Part shown: positions 1 through 8,900 of the stretch, piece by piece
Position numbering within the stretch: the first letter of the stretch is position 1
Layout of the letters: the number at the start of each line of letters is the position of its first letter
From: Candidatus Sulfobium sp.
GTDB taxonomy: Bacteria > Nitrospirota > Thermodesulfovibrionia > Thermodesulfovibrionales > UBA6898
NCBI GenBank assembly: GCA_037380845.1
Contig: JARRRI010000058.1
Coordinates: 29,274 to 49,474 of the forward strand
DNA length: 20,201 nt
Reading direction: 5' to 3'
Notes under the pieces: model-generated
Told to the model about the DNA's origin: nothing
What the model saw: the letters and a program-made list of their open reading frames with translations, nothing else
Databases searched by the model: none
Made by a program: the position numbers and the translations under genes

Positions 1-1001
1 CCCATGGCTTCTTCCGAAAGTGTGCTATTCGTTTCTTTTCTGTAGACGGTTATCGGCAGGTTTTTTTCATTAAAAGTCGGCTTCACATTGTAGATGCTTC
101 CCGTAGATACAGCCAACTTTTGAGTGCCAACGGATTTAACTGCCGAGATCATACAAACAAATTTCATAACGTTCCCCAAGAGGGCAATCCCCGGTTCAAG
201 AATGAGTTCGGGCCCTCTGTCCTGGGGGTATGCTTCTTTAAACTGAGGGGCAATCGCCTGAGCATAGTCCTCATAAGTAGGACAATAAAAAGCGAACTGC
301 TTCGCGAAGTCCTTGTCTATTTCACCAAAAAAACCACCACCCAAATCCAGAAAATCAGGTATCCGATCACCGAAACAGGCTTTACTGATCTCAATCATTT
401 TTTTGGCTCTCAGGTAATATGATCCTATGCTTCTGTGAGGAGTCGAAAAGTGGCAATGAAGCCCTTTGACACGGCAATTGGATATCTTCCCTAGGTACTC
501 AAATATTCTATCCACTTCTCCTCCACCGACATCACAACCAAACCGGGAGACATAATCCGTGCCGATATCGAAATTGCACCTTATGCCGACAGAGATTTCA
601 AGCTCCGGCTCCTTTCTTGCCAGAATGCCGACGAGTAAAGCTTCGTGAAATGAATCAAGATTGACAGTAGACCCGGCCTTTACGGCCTTCTCAATATCCG
701 AAGCCGTTTTTAGAGGACCATTGAAAATGATATTGCCTGGAGCAACTCCAACCTGTATTGCCAAATCATATTCCATCATTGAGACCACTTCGGCATAGCT
801 TCCTAATGAGTTGGCATATCTACATAGAGCGGGTGTATAATTTGTTTTATATGAAAAAGCCAGCCTAGTATGTGGATATATCGACTGGAAAGCAGACTGG
901 AAATCTCTGTAATTTGCATCAAACCGTTTTAAATTCAATAGGTAAAAAGATTCTCCATATTGCCCCGCCAGATTGCTGAGCAAATCCCAGGATAATTCCA
1001 T
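1..1001 (-). CDS. PLP-dependent Orn/DAP/Arg decarboxylase family protein (fold type III), 3' end outside window
   Basis: Not in the ORF track. Manual translation from ATG at 1001 stays open to position 1: MELSWDLLSNLAGQYGESFYLLNL...FSYKTN (PLP lysine)...AEVVS..E...IIFNGPLK...SRFG...GLHCH...FLDLGGG...LILEPG. Confidence 0.85.
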   Translation of the reverse strand, partial: MELSWDLLSNLAGQYGESFYLLNLKRFDANYRDFQSAFQSIYPHTRLAFSYKTNYTPALCRYANSLGSYAEVVSMMEYDLAIQVGVAPGNIIFNGPLKTASDIEKAVKAGSTVNLDSFHEALLVGILARKEPELEISVGIRCNFDIGTDYVSRFGCDVGGGEVDRIFEYLGKISNCRVKGLHCHFSTPHRSIGSYYLRAKKMIEISKACFGDRIPDFLDLGGGFFGEIDKDFAKQFAFYCPTYEDYAQAIAPQFKEAYPQDRGPELILEPGIALLGNVMKFVCMISAVKSVGTQKLAVSTGSIYNVKPTFNEKNLPITVYRKETNSTLSEEAM

Positions 1002-1122
1002 CAGAAAGCCCTTTCGTCACTTATCGATGACATTATTAATTTTAACAGACCAGACTTTTTTCAATAAAGTGTGCGATATTGGTCGCAAGGGAAAACTTGA
1101 CCTTGTTCGCAAGCATGACCAT

Positions 1123-2670
1123 TCAGCTGACGAACTTGCTTAAAAAAGCAACTGCCCCTGCTCCCTCTATCCCCACCTTTGCCATCACTTCCCGGAAGAT
1201 AAAGATATCCTCCCGCTCTATGCTCCTTGTGATCAGCAGGCTCGCGGCATAGCCACCTATAAACAGAAGAAAGTAAACCGGCAGCATCCAAGACTGAAGT
1301 GGAATGCTCTGGGCCAGGACATATATTAACACTCCCGTCAAGGCCGCCCCGACCAATGGCCTGAGATAAGCAGAGGTGAATGGATGCATGCTGTTATATC
1401 TGATCAGGCTCAACGAATACAGGAGATTGATGATTATGTAGGACGACATAGTGGCCAGCGCTGCCCCCGTAATGCCCATCCCGAGATATTTTATCAGCAC
1501 GTAGTTCAGAACTACATTAATTATCGCCCCTGTGATGGAAATGTTCATTATAGTTTTAGTGAGCCCGATTACTGTGAGGAGCATCCCGTTTGTGCCAAGA
1601 AAGGCGTTTATCATGAAGCCAATAGCCAGTATCCTCAGCGACATGGCAGCGTCGACAAACCGACTTCCAAAAAGCACTGTAATTGTCATCTCCGGAAAGA
1701 AGAAAAAGACGAAGAATAGCGGCAGGGTTGCTGCGAAAACCCATTTCGTGAGGACCTGATATGTTCTCTTAAGCTCCTGTGATTTCTTTTTCGCATATAT
1801 TTCACCTGCTATCGGCAGAAACACGTAGCCGAGGGCTGATAAAGGGAAAAGCAGCAGCCTCACAAGCGAAACACTCACGCTGTAGGTGCCCACGACTGCG
1901 GGCGTGGAGTAGCGTCCGAGCATCAGAGTATCCGACCACATAAGAGCAAGAGACATGATGGTGGACGCCAGCAGCGGAATGGAAAACTTCAGCAACTTCA
2001 TGTGCCGTCTTCCTGCCTTCGGCATAAAAGGCCGCGCACCAAGTTTCTGAACGCCGTAAACTACGACCAGAACGGATGTCGCCGCGCTGGACGCTACAAA
2101 GGCGTAGAGAATACCTTTTAAGTGCAACCCGAGAAAGATCGCCACGAGTAACAGAACCAGGTATAAAACAGGAGTAAAGACATCTGAAAAGACCCTCTGC
2201 CTGATTACGCCGAAGCCGAGCATCACCCCGCCTGCCACGCCTCCTGCCACACTGAACGGGATCAGAAAGGATATTACCTTGAGCGGGACGGCGAGCTCCG
2301 GGGTATAAAAGACCTTTCGGGCTATAAGACCGGAAAAGAGGTAAACTGCCGCGAAGCACAGCAGGCCCAGCGGCAGCAGCATCTGCATCCCCGCCCGCGC
2401 TGTATAGTAGGCCTCTTCCCTCTTCTCCTCGCCGAGGTGGAGGGAGACAAACCGGGACAGCCCCGAAGGTATTCCAAGTAAGATAACAGCCGAAATAACA
2501 CCCAGGACCGTAAGGACTAGCGAATAGATGCCGAACTCGACCTTTGTAATGTCCCTGACCACGAGGATCTTGATAAAAAACCAGAGCAGCTGACTGAAAG
2601 CCATGCTCGCCAAGACAAAGGTGGAGCCCTTGGCGGCTTTTTTTAAAGAAGAATTAACGGTCTCAGACAT
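1123..2670 (-). CDS. Wzx/MOP-family oligosaccharide flippase
   Basis: 515 aa with many hydrophobic segments; EFGIYSL, FSIPL..WSDTLMLG...VVGTY, NVVLNYVLI..GITGAALAT motifs typical of polysaccharide exporters. Confidence 0.88.
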   Translation of the reverse strand: MSETVNSSLKKAAKGSTFVLASMAFSQLLWFFIKILVVRDITKVEFGIYSLVLTVLGVISAVILLGIPSGLSRFVSLHLGEEKREEAYYTARAGMQMLLPLGLLCFAAVYLFSGLIARKVFYTPELAVPLKVISFLIPFSVAGGVAGGVMLGFGVIRQRVFSDVFTPVLYLVLLLVAIFLGLHLKGILYAFVASSAATSVLVVVYGVQKLGARPFMPKAGRRHMKLLKFSIPLLASTIMSLALMWSDTLMLGRYSTPAVVGTYSVSVSLVRLLLFPLSALGYVFLPIAGEIYAKKKSQELKRTYQVLTKWVFAATLPLFFVFFFFPEMTITVLFGSRFVDAAMSLRILAIGFMINAFLGTNGMLLTVIGLTKTIMNISITGAIINVVLNYVLIKYLGMGITGAALATMSSYIIINLLYSLSLIRYNSMHPFTSAYLRPLVGAALTGVLIYVLAQSIPLQSWMLPVYFLLFIGGYAASLLITRSIEREDIFIFREVMAKVGIEGAGAVAFLSKFVS

Positions 2671-2679
2671 CCAATACTC

Positions 2680-2688
2680 ATTATAACA
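2680..2688 (-). promoter_or_regulatory. Extended -10 element (TGTTATAAT) 9 nt upstream of the flippase ATG
   Basis: Minus strand reads TGTTATAATgagtattggATG; no SD in between. Confidence 0.55.
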
Positions 2689-2779
2689 AAAAGCTTTTTT
2701 GTAATCTTGGATCTTTCCCTTCCGGATGTAAACAGCAGACAGCCCTGAGATCCGATAGAAATTAGTCCCTGAAACATTT

Positions 2780-4741
2780 TTATTTATTGCGGATTACAGA
2801 AAGGGCCTCTTTTTCAAAGAGATGAGCGAGTTGGCCATATCTCTGTGTTTTCTTCATCCGAGCCAAGAGACTGAATGCCTGGTCTTTCCGTCCGTCTCTC
2901 AGCAAAAAGTTAATAAACGGCCATGCCACCCTCTCCGGAGGGGCCATGATAAAAGCCGATTTAAAGAAATCATTTCCCTTCTTCTTATCGCCGTCCCGCA
3001 TGAGGAAATCAGAATAGAAAAGAGTATTCAGCCCGTACTGGTCCGTGAGCTCCTGGACCAGGAAATCGTTAGAAGGGGGCATGTTCAGGACGCTTTCATA
3101 GCTTGTCTTTTCGAAAGCCTCCTTGTATTTCCGCCTAGTGTCCGATTCGAAAGCTCCGGCTGGCTGCCCCTTAGGCCATAGAGCAGCTGAAAAGAGATAC
3201 GGATAATAATCATAAAATTCAGCAACGACCTTTGTCATGCTCAGAGGGTTGTCGACAAAAAGCTTCTCCTTCAGCGCAAATTCATCGTTTATCTCTGAGA
3301 TCGTGCTCTTCAGACTGTGATAAAATCCCGGGTAAAGACCAGCGTATTTCCAGGCGGGAGCACACTCGAGCCCGAAAATGTCATTATTCCCGCTCGTATC
3401 CATGACCAGCACATCGTCTCTCAACCGCTCGACACCTTTCATATAAAAGGCGGTGAACATTGAGTTGTCACCGTGGTTCATGAGCAGACTCTTCTCCGGA
3501 AGAGACATGAGCATATCCCTGCCGTAAGTGTAGCAGATAACATTATTGCTCAGGCCGTATTGTCCGACAGTATAAGGCAGGAAAACAAAAGGCAGTACCG
3601 CCACGGCGTAAGACCCGAATCCAATCAGTGTTGACCAGCGCCTTCTCCTGATGAAAGAGAGGGTCTCTGCAAATCCGACCGAAATGAGGGAATACAGTAT
3701 GGGAACCGCAGGCAGAAAATATACTGAGACAACTTCGGTTCCTGCTAGGTTTAGCTTAGGTCCGGAAAATACCAGTTTTCCGAGCAGTAGAAACCAGACA
3801 ATTCCCGAAAATCCGAAATACGCCAATATCCTCAACCTCTTCCTCAATCCGATAAAGCCTATAAGAAGAAATGGCAAAACAGGCTTCACGCTCCAAAATG
3901 CCACATAGTAGAGACTGTTTCTAAGACCATACAACCATGCACTGCCAAAAGATAAAGTGCGCTCAAGAGTTAGAGGTGTGGATCCGCCCTTATAGTCCTG
4001 CCTGAAAAAAACCCTCAGGAAGTCTTTTAATGTCCCCGTATGGGAATACAGAATCAGACCCCCGTGGTCCGCCATTGCAAGAGACCTCAAATAGAGGAAG
4101 AGATAGACGGAAAATCCAAGGAGGAATAAGAGAAAACCGAAGATCGCCCATCTCACCGACAGCTCCTGCCACCTCATTGCCAGGGGAAACAGGACAATCA
4201 AACCCATGAAACCGATGGTATGGTGATTTCCCATTCCGAGGCCGATGAGGAAAAATGCCAAAAGAGAACTTCTGAAAATGTCCTTTCCCTTGATGATCCT
4301 TATGCCTAGATAAAAAACAATCATCGCCAGGAAACTATTGAGCGAGTAAGCTTCGGCCTTAATTGATTCCGTATAGAATATGGGGGATATCCCGCAAATC
4401 AGGGCCGCCGCCCACGACGCCGGCCTGCTTTCAGTAAGTTCCATGGAAACCTTGAAGACCATAAGACATGTGAGAGCGCCGGATATTGCGCTTACGAGAT
4501 TGACTTTGAGACCTACATTCCCGAGCGGAAGGAAAGTCAGGAGCTTCCCCAAAATTATGAACAGGGGATATCCCGGCGGGTGCGCTGAGCCGAGGGAAAA
4601 AGAGGCGGCGGCAAAGAGACTGCTGTCCCCGACATAGATCGTCGGGCAAAGGGAAATCAGGAATATGAGAAATGAGGCAGAAAGAACAACCGAACCATTT
4701 GTTTTCACATTCCTGGCAAACTCAGACATTGAAAAGTTCAC
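2780..4741 (-). CDS. DUF2723 / TMEM260-like GT-C membrane glycosyltransferase (start GTG 4741 or ATG 4729)
   Basis: PTIYVGDS.LF......LGSAHPPGYPLF..LGKL, AEAYSLN, LGMGNHHT, YLFLYLRS and later GDNSMF..FY...VERLR.DV motifs; multi-TM N-terminal region plus soluble C-terminal region. Confidence 0.82.
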   Translation of the reverse strand: MNFSMSEFARNVKTNGSVVLSASFLIFLISLCPTIYVGDSSLFAAASFSLGSAHPPGYPLFIILGKLLTFLPLGNVGLKVNLVSAISGALTCLMVFKVSMELTESRPASWAAALICGISPIFYTESIKAEAYSLNSFLAMIVFYLGIRIIKGKDIFRSSLLAFFLIGLGMGNHHTIGFMGLIVLFPLAMRWQELSVRWAIFGFLLFLLGFSVYLFLYLRSLAMADHGGLILYSHTGTLKDFLRVFFRQDYKGGSTPLTLERTLSFGSAWLYGLRNSLYYVAFWSVKPVLPFLLIGFIGLRKRLRILAYFGFSGIVWFLLLGKLVFSGPKLNLAGTEVVSVYFLPAVPILYSLISVGFAETLSFIRRRRWSTLIGFGSYAVAVLPFVFLPYTVGQYGLSNNVICYTYGRDMLMSLPEKSLLMNHGDNSMFTAFYMKGVERLRDDVLVMDTSGNNDIFGLECAPAWKYAGLYPGFYHSLKSTISEINDEFALKEKLFVDNPLSMTKVVAEFYDYYPYLFSAALWPKGQPAGAFESDTRRKYKEAFEKTSYESVLNMPPSNDFLVQELTDQYGLNTLFYSDFLMRDGDKKKGNDFFKSAFIMAPPERVAWPFINFLLRDGRKDQAFSLLARMKKTQRYGQLAHLFEKEALSVIRNK

Positions 4742-4850
4742 TTTCTTTCATTAAGCGATCCACAGCCAAAAAGTTGTCATAAATGCTTTCCCTAAAATGT
4801 CCCATCACTCCGCATCACAGCAATTATATTCTTTTTGGCATCTTTCCGGC

Positions 4851-4885
4851 AAAAAAAGCGGGAGCTGCCCTGTGGGAGCTCCCGC
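4851..4885 (-). terminator. Intrinsic terminator downstream of the pilin gene
   Basis: Minus strand GCGGGAGCTCCC-ACA-GGGCAGCTCCCGC followed by TTTTTTT, about 25 nt after the pilin stop. Confidence 0.88.
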
Positions 4886-4909
4886 CATGAACGTTCTTTT
4901 CCCTCCTGA

Positions 4910-5446
4910 TCAGTCTGCTGAAAGGACCTTTGAATACATTACGTTACCATCGTTGTCATACACTGACACGACGACCTGCCGGATTGAACTATCATCGGCA
5001 GGCGTGGCGCTAAGGCAGATCTGGCCTGCCATGGAAGAATCGCAGCCACCGCTGGTTCCGTCATTCCAAAGTTGTTTGCCGCCCCACGGCGAAGCCTCGT
5101 GGGCGTTGTTGTTCCTCGCGTCTGAGAAAGTATGGACAACCCCAGCATCTGCCAGAGCAGCGTTGGTATCGTCAGAGGTATTGACTATGCCGTCCCAATT
5201 GTCGTCAACCTCTTTAAGTGTGCCCTGCGGGGTGCCGGACTTCTTCGCCGCCACCATCCATGCAGTGAGTTCCGGCTCCGAGGCAACGGCTGTCCTCTCG
5301 ATTGCAGCTTTCCTGCTTCTTTCCTGCATGCCGATATAACCCGGGATGGCTATGGCCGCCAGTATACCGATGATCGCCACAACTATCAGAAGTTCGATAA
5401 GGGTAAAACCCTGTTGCTCCTTCACATTATTCATTGCCTTAAACAT
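4910..5446 (-). CDS. pilA: Type IVa major pilin (178-aa prepilin, 13-aa leader)
   Basis: MFKAMNNVKEQQG|FTLIELLIVVAIIGILAAIAIP class III signal with E5 and P22; SD AAGGAGGT 6 nt before ATG 5446; own sigma54 promoter and terminator, as expected for a major pilin. Confidence 0.9.
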   Translation of the reverse strand: MFKAMNNVKEQQGFTLIELLIVVAIIGILAAIAIPGYIGMQERSRKAAIERTAVASEPELTAWMVAAKKSGTPQGTLKEVDDNWDGIVNTSDDTNAALADAGVVHTFSDARNNNAHEASPWGGKQLWNDGTSGGCDSSMAGQICLSATPADDSSIRQVVVSVYDNDGNVMYSKVLSAD

Positions 5447-5550
5447 CAAAACACCTCCTTGTTAAATTCTTGCGGCCGAGAGCCGCAACAAAATCCCCTG
5501 CTGCAATTTTGTAGGACATCACCTCCTCAAGTAAACTTTCTTTACCTAGA

Positions 5551-5566
5551 AGCAGTTTCTATGCCA
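5551..5566 (-). promoter_or_regulatory. Sigma54 (-24/-12) promoter of the pilin gene
   Basis: TGGCATAGAAACTGCT has exact GG-N10-GC spacing; predicted TSS near 5540. Confidence 0.78.
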
Positions 5567-5630
5567 TGACGTGAGTAGATTGGCAGTCCAAAATCGCATC
5601 AAATTTAAGGCCAATTTCATCTTTGACGAC

Positions 5631-5666
5631 CAAAAAACGTCACTTGGCTGACAAATATCGTCACTT
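5631..5666. promoter_or_regulatory. Putative enhancer (UAS) for a PilR/NtrC-family activator
   Basis: Direct repeats CAAAAAACGTCACTT (5631-5645) and CAAATATCGTCACTT (5652-5666), 21 bp apart; the second lies in the palindrome TGAC-N7-GTCA; about 90-125 bp upstream of the sigma54 TSS. Confidence 0.6.
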
Positions 5667-5900
5667 TCATGGTTTGATTACCCGATAATACTCCTTAAAA
5701 GAGGAAAAAAACTTCAGCAAGAGCGGAAAACCTCGATGAACTATTGCCTCATGACAATTCTCAGAATAAAGAATAAGGGAACTTGAGCAGTATGGCAGAT
5801 GCCCGTTCAGTCCGATGATATCATTTTCCTCAGGAAAGTATTGCCGTCCCTTGTCGCATATTTTGCGGCACTGCCGACGACTATGCGACGGAACGAACTG

Positions 5901-5909
5901 TGGTATAAT
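5901..5909 (+). promoter_or_regulatory. Extended -10 element (TGGTATAAT) for the activase fusion gene
   Basis: TGnTATAAT 28 nt upstream of ATG 5938. Confidence 0.6.
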
Positions 5910-5937
5910 CTAACACAAAAAAACAGGCGGGGCGAGG

Positions 5938-8900
5938 ATGAAATATATCGGTCTTGATGCAGGTTCCGTAAGCGTAAAACTTGTTCTCCTCGATGAAAAG
6001 GGATCGAAGGTTTACGGGATCTACCGCAGGCATAGGGGGAAGCCGCTGCAGGCCGCCCTTGAGCTCCTTAAAGAAGTGTCAGGGGTAAGGAGTGAGGAGT
6101 CAGGTGCAAGGGCTCGCCCTTTAAAGTCAGAAGTAAACACCTCAGAAGCCGTTCCTCACACCCCACAATTTTCCCTCTCCGTAACAGGGTCGGCCGGGAG
6201 GCTTATCGGCTCCATCCTGGGCATTGAGCCGGTAAACGAGGTCGTAGCCCATGCCTTTTCCACCCGTAAGCTCTTTCCCGAGGTAAAAACGATCATAGAA
6301 CTGGGGGGAGAAGACTCGAAGCTTATCGCCCTTTCTGATGACTCGAACTCGGCGAAAGACTTTTCCATGAATTCCGTCTGCGCCGCCGGAACCGGTTCCT
6401 TCCTCGACCAGCAGGCAGAGAGGCTAAGGCTTTCGATCGAGGAATTCAGCGAACTGAGCCTGAAGTCTGAAAACCCTCCCAGAATCGCCGGACGGTGCAG
6501 CGTCTTTGCCAAATCCGACATGATACACCTTCAACAGATCGCCACCCCTGTCCACGACATAGTGGCGGGCCTATGCTTTGCCGTGGCGAGAAATTTCAAA
6601 GGTTCGATCGCGAGGGGACGGCAGATAATTGCGCCCGTCTCTTTTCAGGGAGGCGTGGCCGCGAATTCAGGCATGGTCAGGGCCTTCAAAGAAGTATTCG
6701 GCCTTGAGGCCCTTCTTGTGCCTGAAGAGCACGCGCTGATGGGCGCAATCGGTGCGGCGCTGAAGGATATGGACTCGGGAAGCTTCAATCCCTTTGACAT
6801 GTCTCTGCTTGAGGATTTTATCGGGACCGTCAAGCCCTCCGAAAAAGGGCACAAGCCGCTGATGAACGACGGCGACGACTTCGTTGAGAGGCACCTGAAA
6901 AACAGTGAGGAGTCGGAGCATTTCACCTCACACCTCACACCTCACGCCTCACGTTCTGCACGTGTCACTCATCACTCGTCGCCGCCTCGGAAGGCTTTTC
7001 TCGGCGTAGACATCGGGTCTATAAGCACAAACCTGGCGGTGATCGACGAGGAATGCAGGCTCTTGTCCAAACGCTACCTTATGACCGCCGGACGTCCGAT
7101 AGAGGCGGTGAGGCAGGGACTTGCGGAGATAGGGCAGGAAATAGCCGATAAGGTGGAAATAGCCGGAGTCGGAACGACCGGATCAGGAAGGTACATGATA
7201 GCCGATTATATAGGTGCGGATATAGTGAAAAACGAGATCACGGCGCAGGCCACGGCCGCCGCTTTTATCGACAGCGACGTGGACACCATTTTCGAGATCG
7301 GCGGACAGGATTCCAAGTATATATCTCTCAGGGACGGGGTGATCGCAGACTTCGAGATGAACAAGGCCTGCGCGGCCGGGACAGGCTCGTTTCTTGAGGA
7401 ACAGGCCGAGAAGCTGGGTATTTCGATAAAAGGCGATTTCCAGACATCCGCTTTCAATTCCTCAAATCCCTGCAGACTCGGGGAGCGGTGCACAGTATTC
7501 ATGGAAAATTCCCTGATGGCCAACCTGCAGCGCGGCACCGGCAAGGAGGACCTGCTGGCCGGTCTTGCATACTCGATCGTCCAGAACTATATCAACAGAG
7601 TTGTTTGCAAGAGATCGATAGGCAGGAAGATATTCTTTCAGGGAGGCGTTGCCTTCAACAAATCAGTTGTCGCCGCCTTCGAGAAGTATCTCGGCAAGGA
7701 TGTGACGGTTCCCCCCAACCACGATGTCACCGGCGCTATCGGCATGGCCCTGATAGCAAAAAAACACGTGGAAAGTCTGAAGTCAGAATGCAGAACGCAG
7801 AAGTTGAACGGCGCACGCCTCACACCTCACTCCTCACCCCTCACTTCCTTCAAAGGCTTTGAGCTGTCGAAGATACCCTATGAGATATCCTCATTCGAAT
7901 GCAAAGGCTGCCCCAATATATGCGAAATCAACAGGGTGAAGGTCGAAGGGGAGAAGGGATATCTCTTTTACGGCGGCCGGTGCGAAAAATACGATGTCAA
8001 GCGCGACAAGACGCCCCGCAATATTCAGGACCTCCTTGCCCTGAGGGAAAAGATGCTCTGGAAGGAGCACCTGAAATACGTCGAAAAGTCAGAAGTCAGA
8101 AACCGGAAACCGGCGAAAAAACAACTGAGAAACAAGCCTCACGGTTCGCGCGGAAAGATCGGCATCCCTTATGTCTTCTATTTCCATGATTTTCTGCCCT
8201 TCTGGACTACGCTTCTATGGGAGCTGGGGTTTAACGTCGAAGTCTCACCCGGGACGGAGAGGAACATAGTCGATCTGGGTCTCGAAAGTGTTCTCTCGGA
8301 AACCTGCTTTCCCGTGAAAGTCGCCCACGGTCATATCAGATATTTTCTCGAAAGGGAAGTGGACGCCGTATTTCTGCCGAGTTTCGTAAACCTCAACAAT
8401 GCCGGGGAGACATTCGAGAGAGGTCTTGCCTGTCCCTATACCCAGACCATCCCTTACAGCGCCCGTGTCGCATTCAGAAACCTCCGTCTCCTGACGCCCG
8501 TCATCGATCTGGGCAGGGGCAGCCGTTTCATGGAAAAAGAACTGAAGCGTGTCCTGCGACCGTTCGGCATAAACTACAGGGAGCTTTCAGCAGCTTTGAG
8601 GGCTGCCCATAAAGCCCAAACACAGTTTGAGCGTGACATTAAAGAGGAAGGCAGAAAGGTCCTTTCCTCTCTGAGGGACAAGGCCATAGTGGTTGTGGGC
8701 AGAGCCTACAATTCGCTGGACAAAGGCGTCAATCTTAACATATCAAGGAAGCTCGGAGACCTTGGGATGCAGGCTATCCCGGCGGATTTCCTGCCACTCG
8801 ATCCGGCCGGACTCAACGATGACTGGCCCAATATGTACTGGCGTGCAGGTCAGCGGATGCTTAGCGCGGCGAAGTTTATCCGGTCCCACCCCCTGCTCCA

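Noticed and set aside
4910..5446. Electrically conductive (e-pilin) interpretation
   Set aside because: Mature pilin is long (165 aa) with only about 9 F/Y/W residues and long aromatic-free gaps, unlike short aromatic-dense Geobacter-type pilins.
5439..5519. 26-codon upstream ORF (MSYKIAAGDF...) overlapping the pilin start
   Set aside because: Its ATG lies within the SD-like sequence itself, so spacing is unusable; it is out of frame with the pilin and has no recognisable features.
6926..7845. CRISPR array or phase-variable SSR reading of the heptamer repeats
   Set aside because: No repeat-spacer structure or cas genes; units are few and degenerate, so high-frequency slippage is unlikely.
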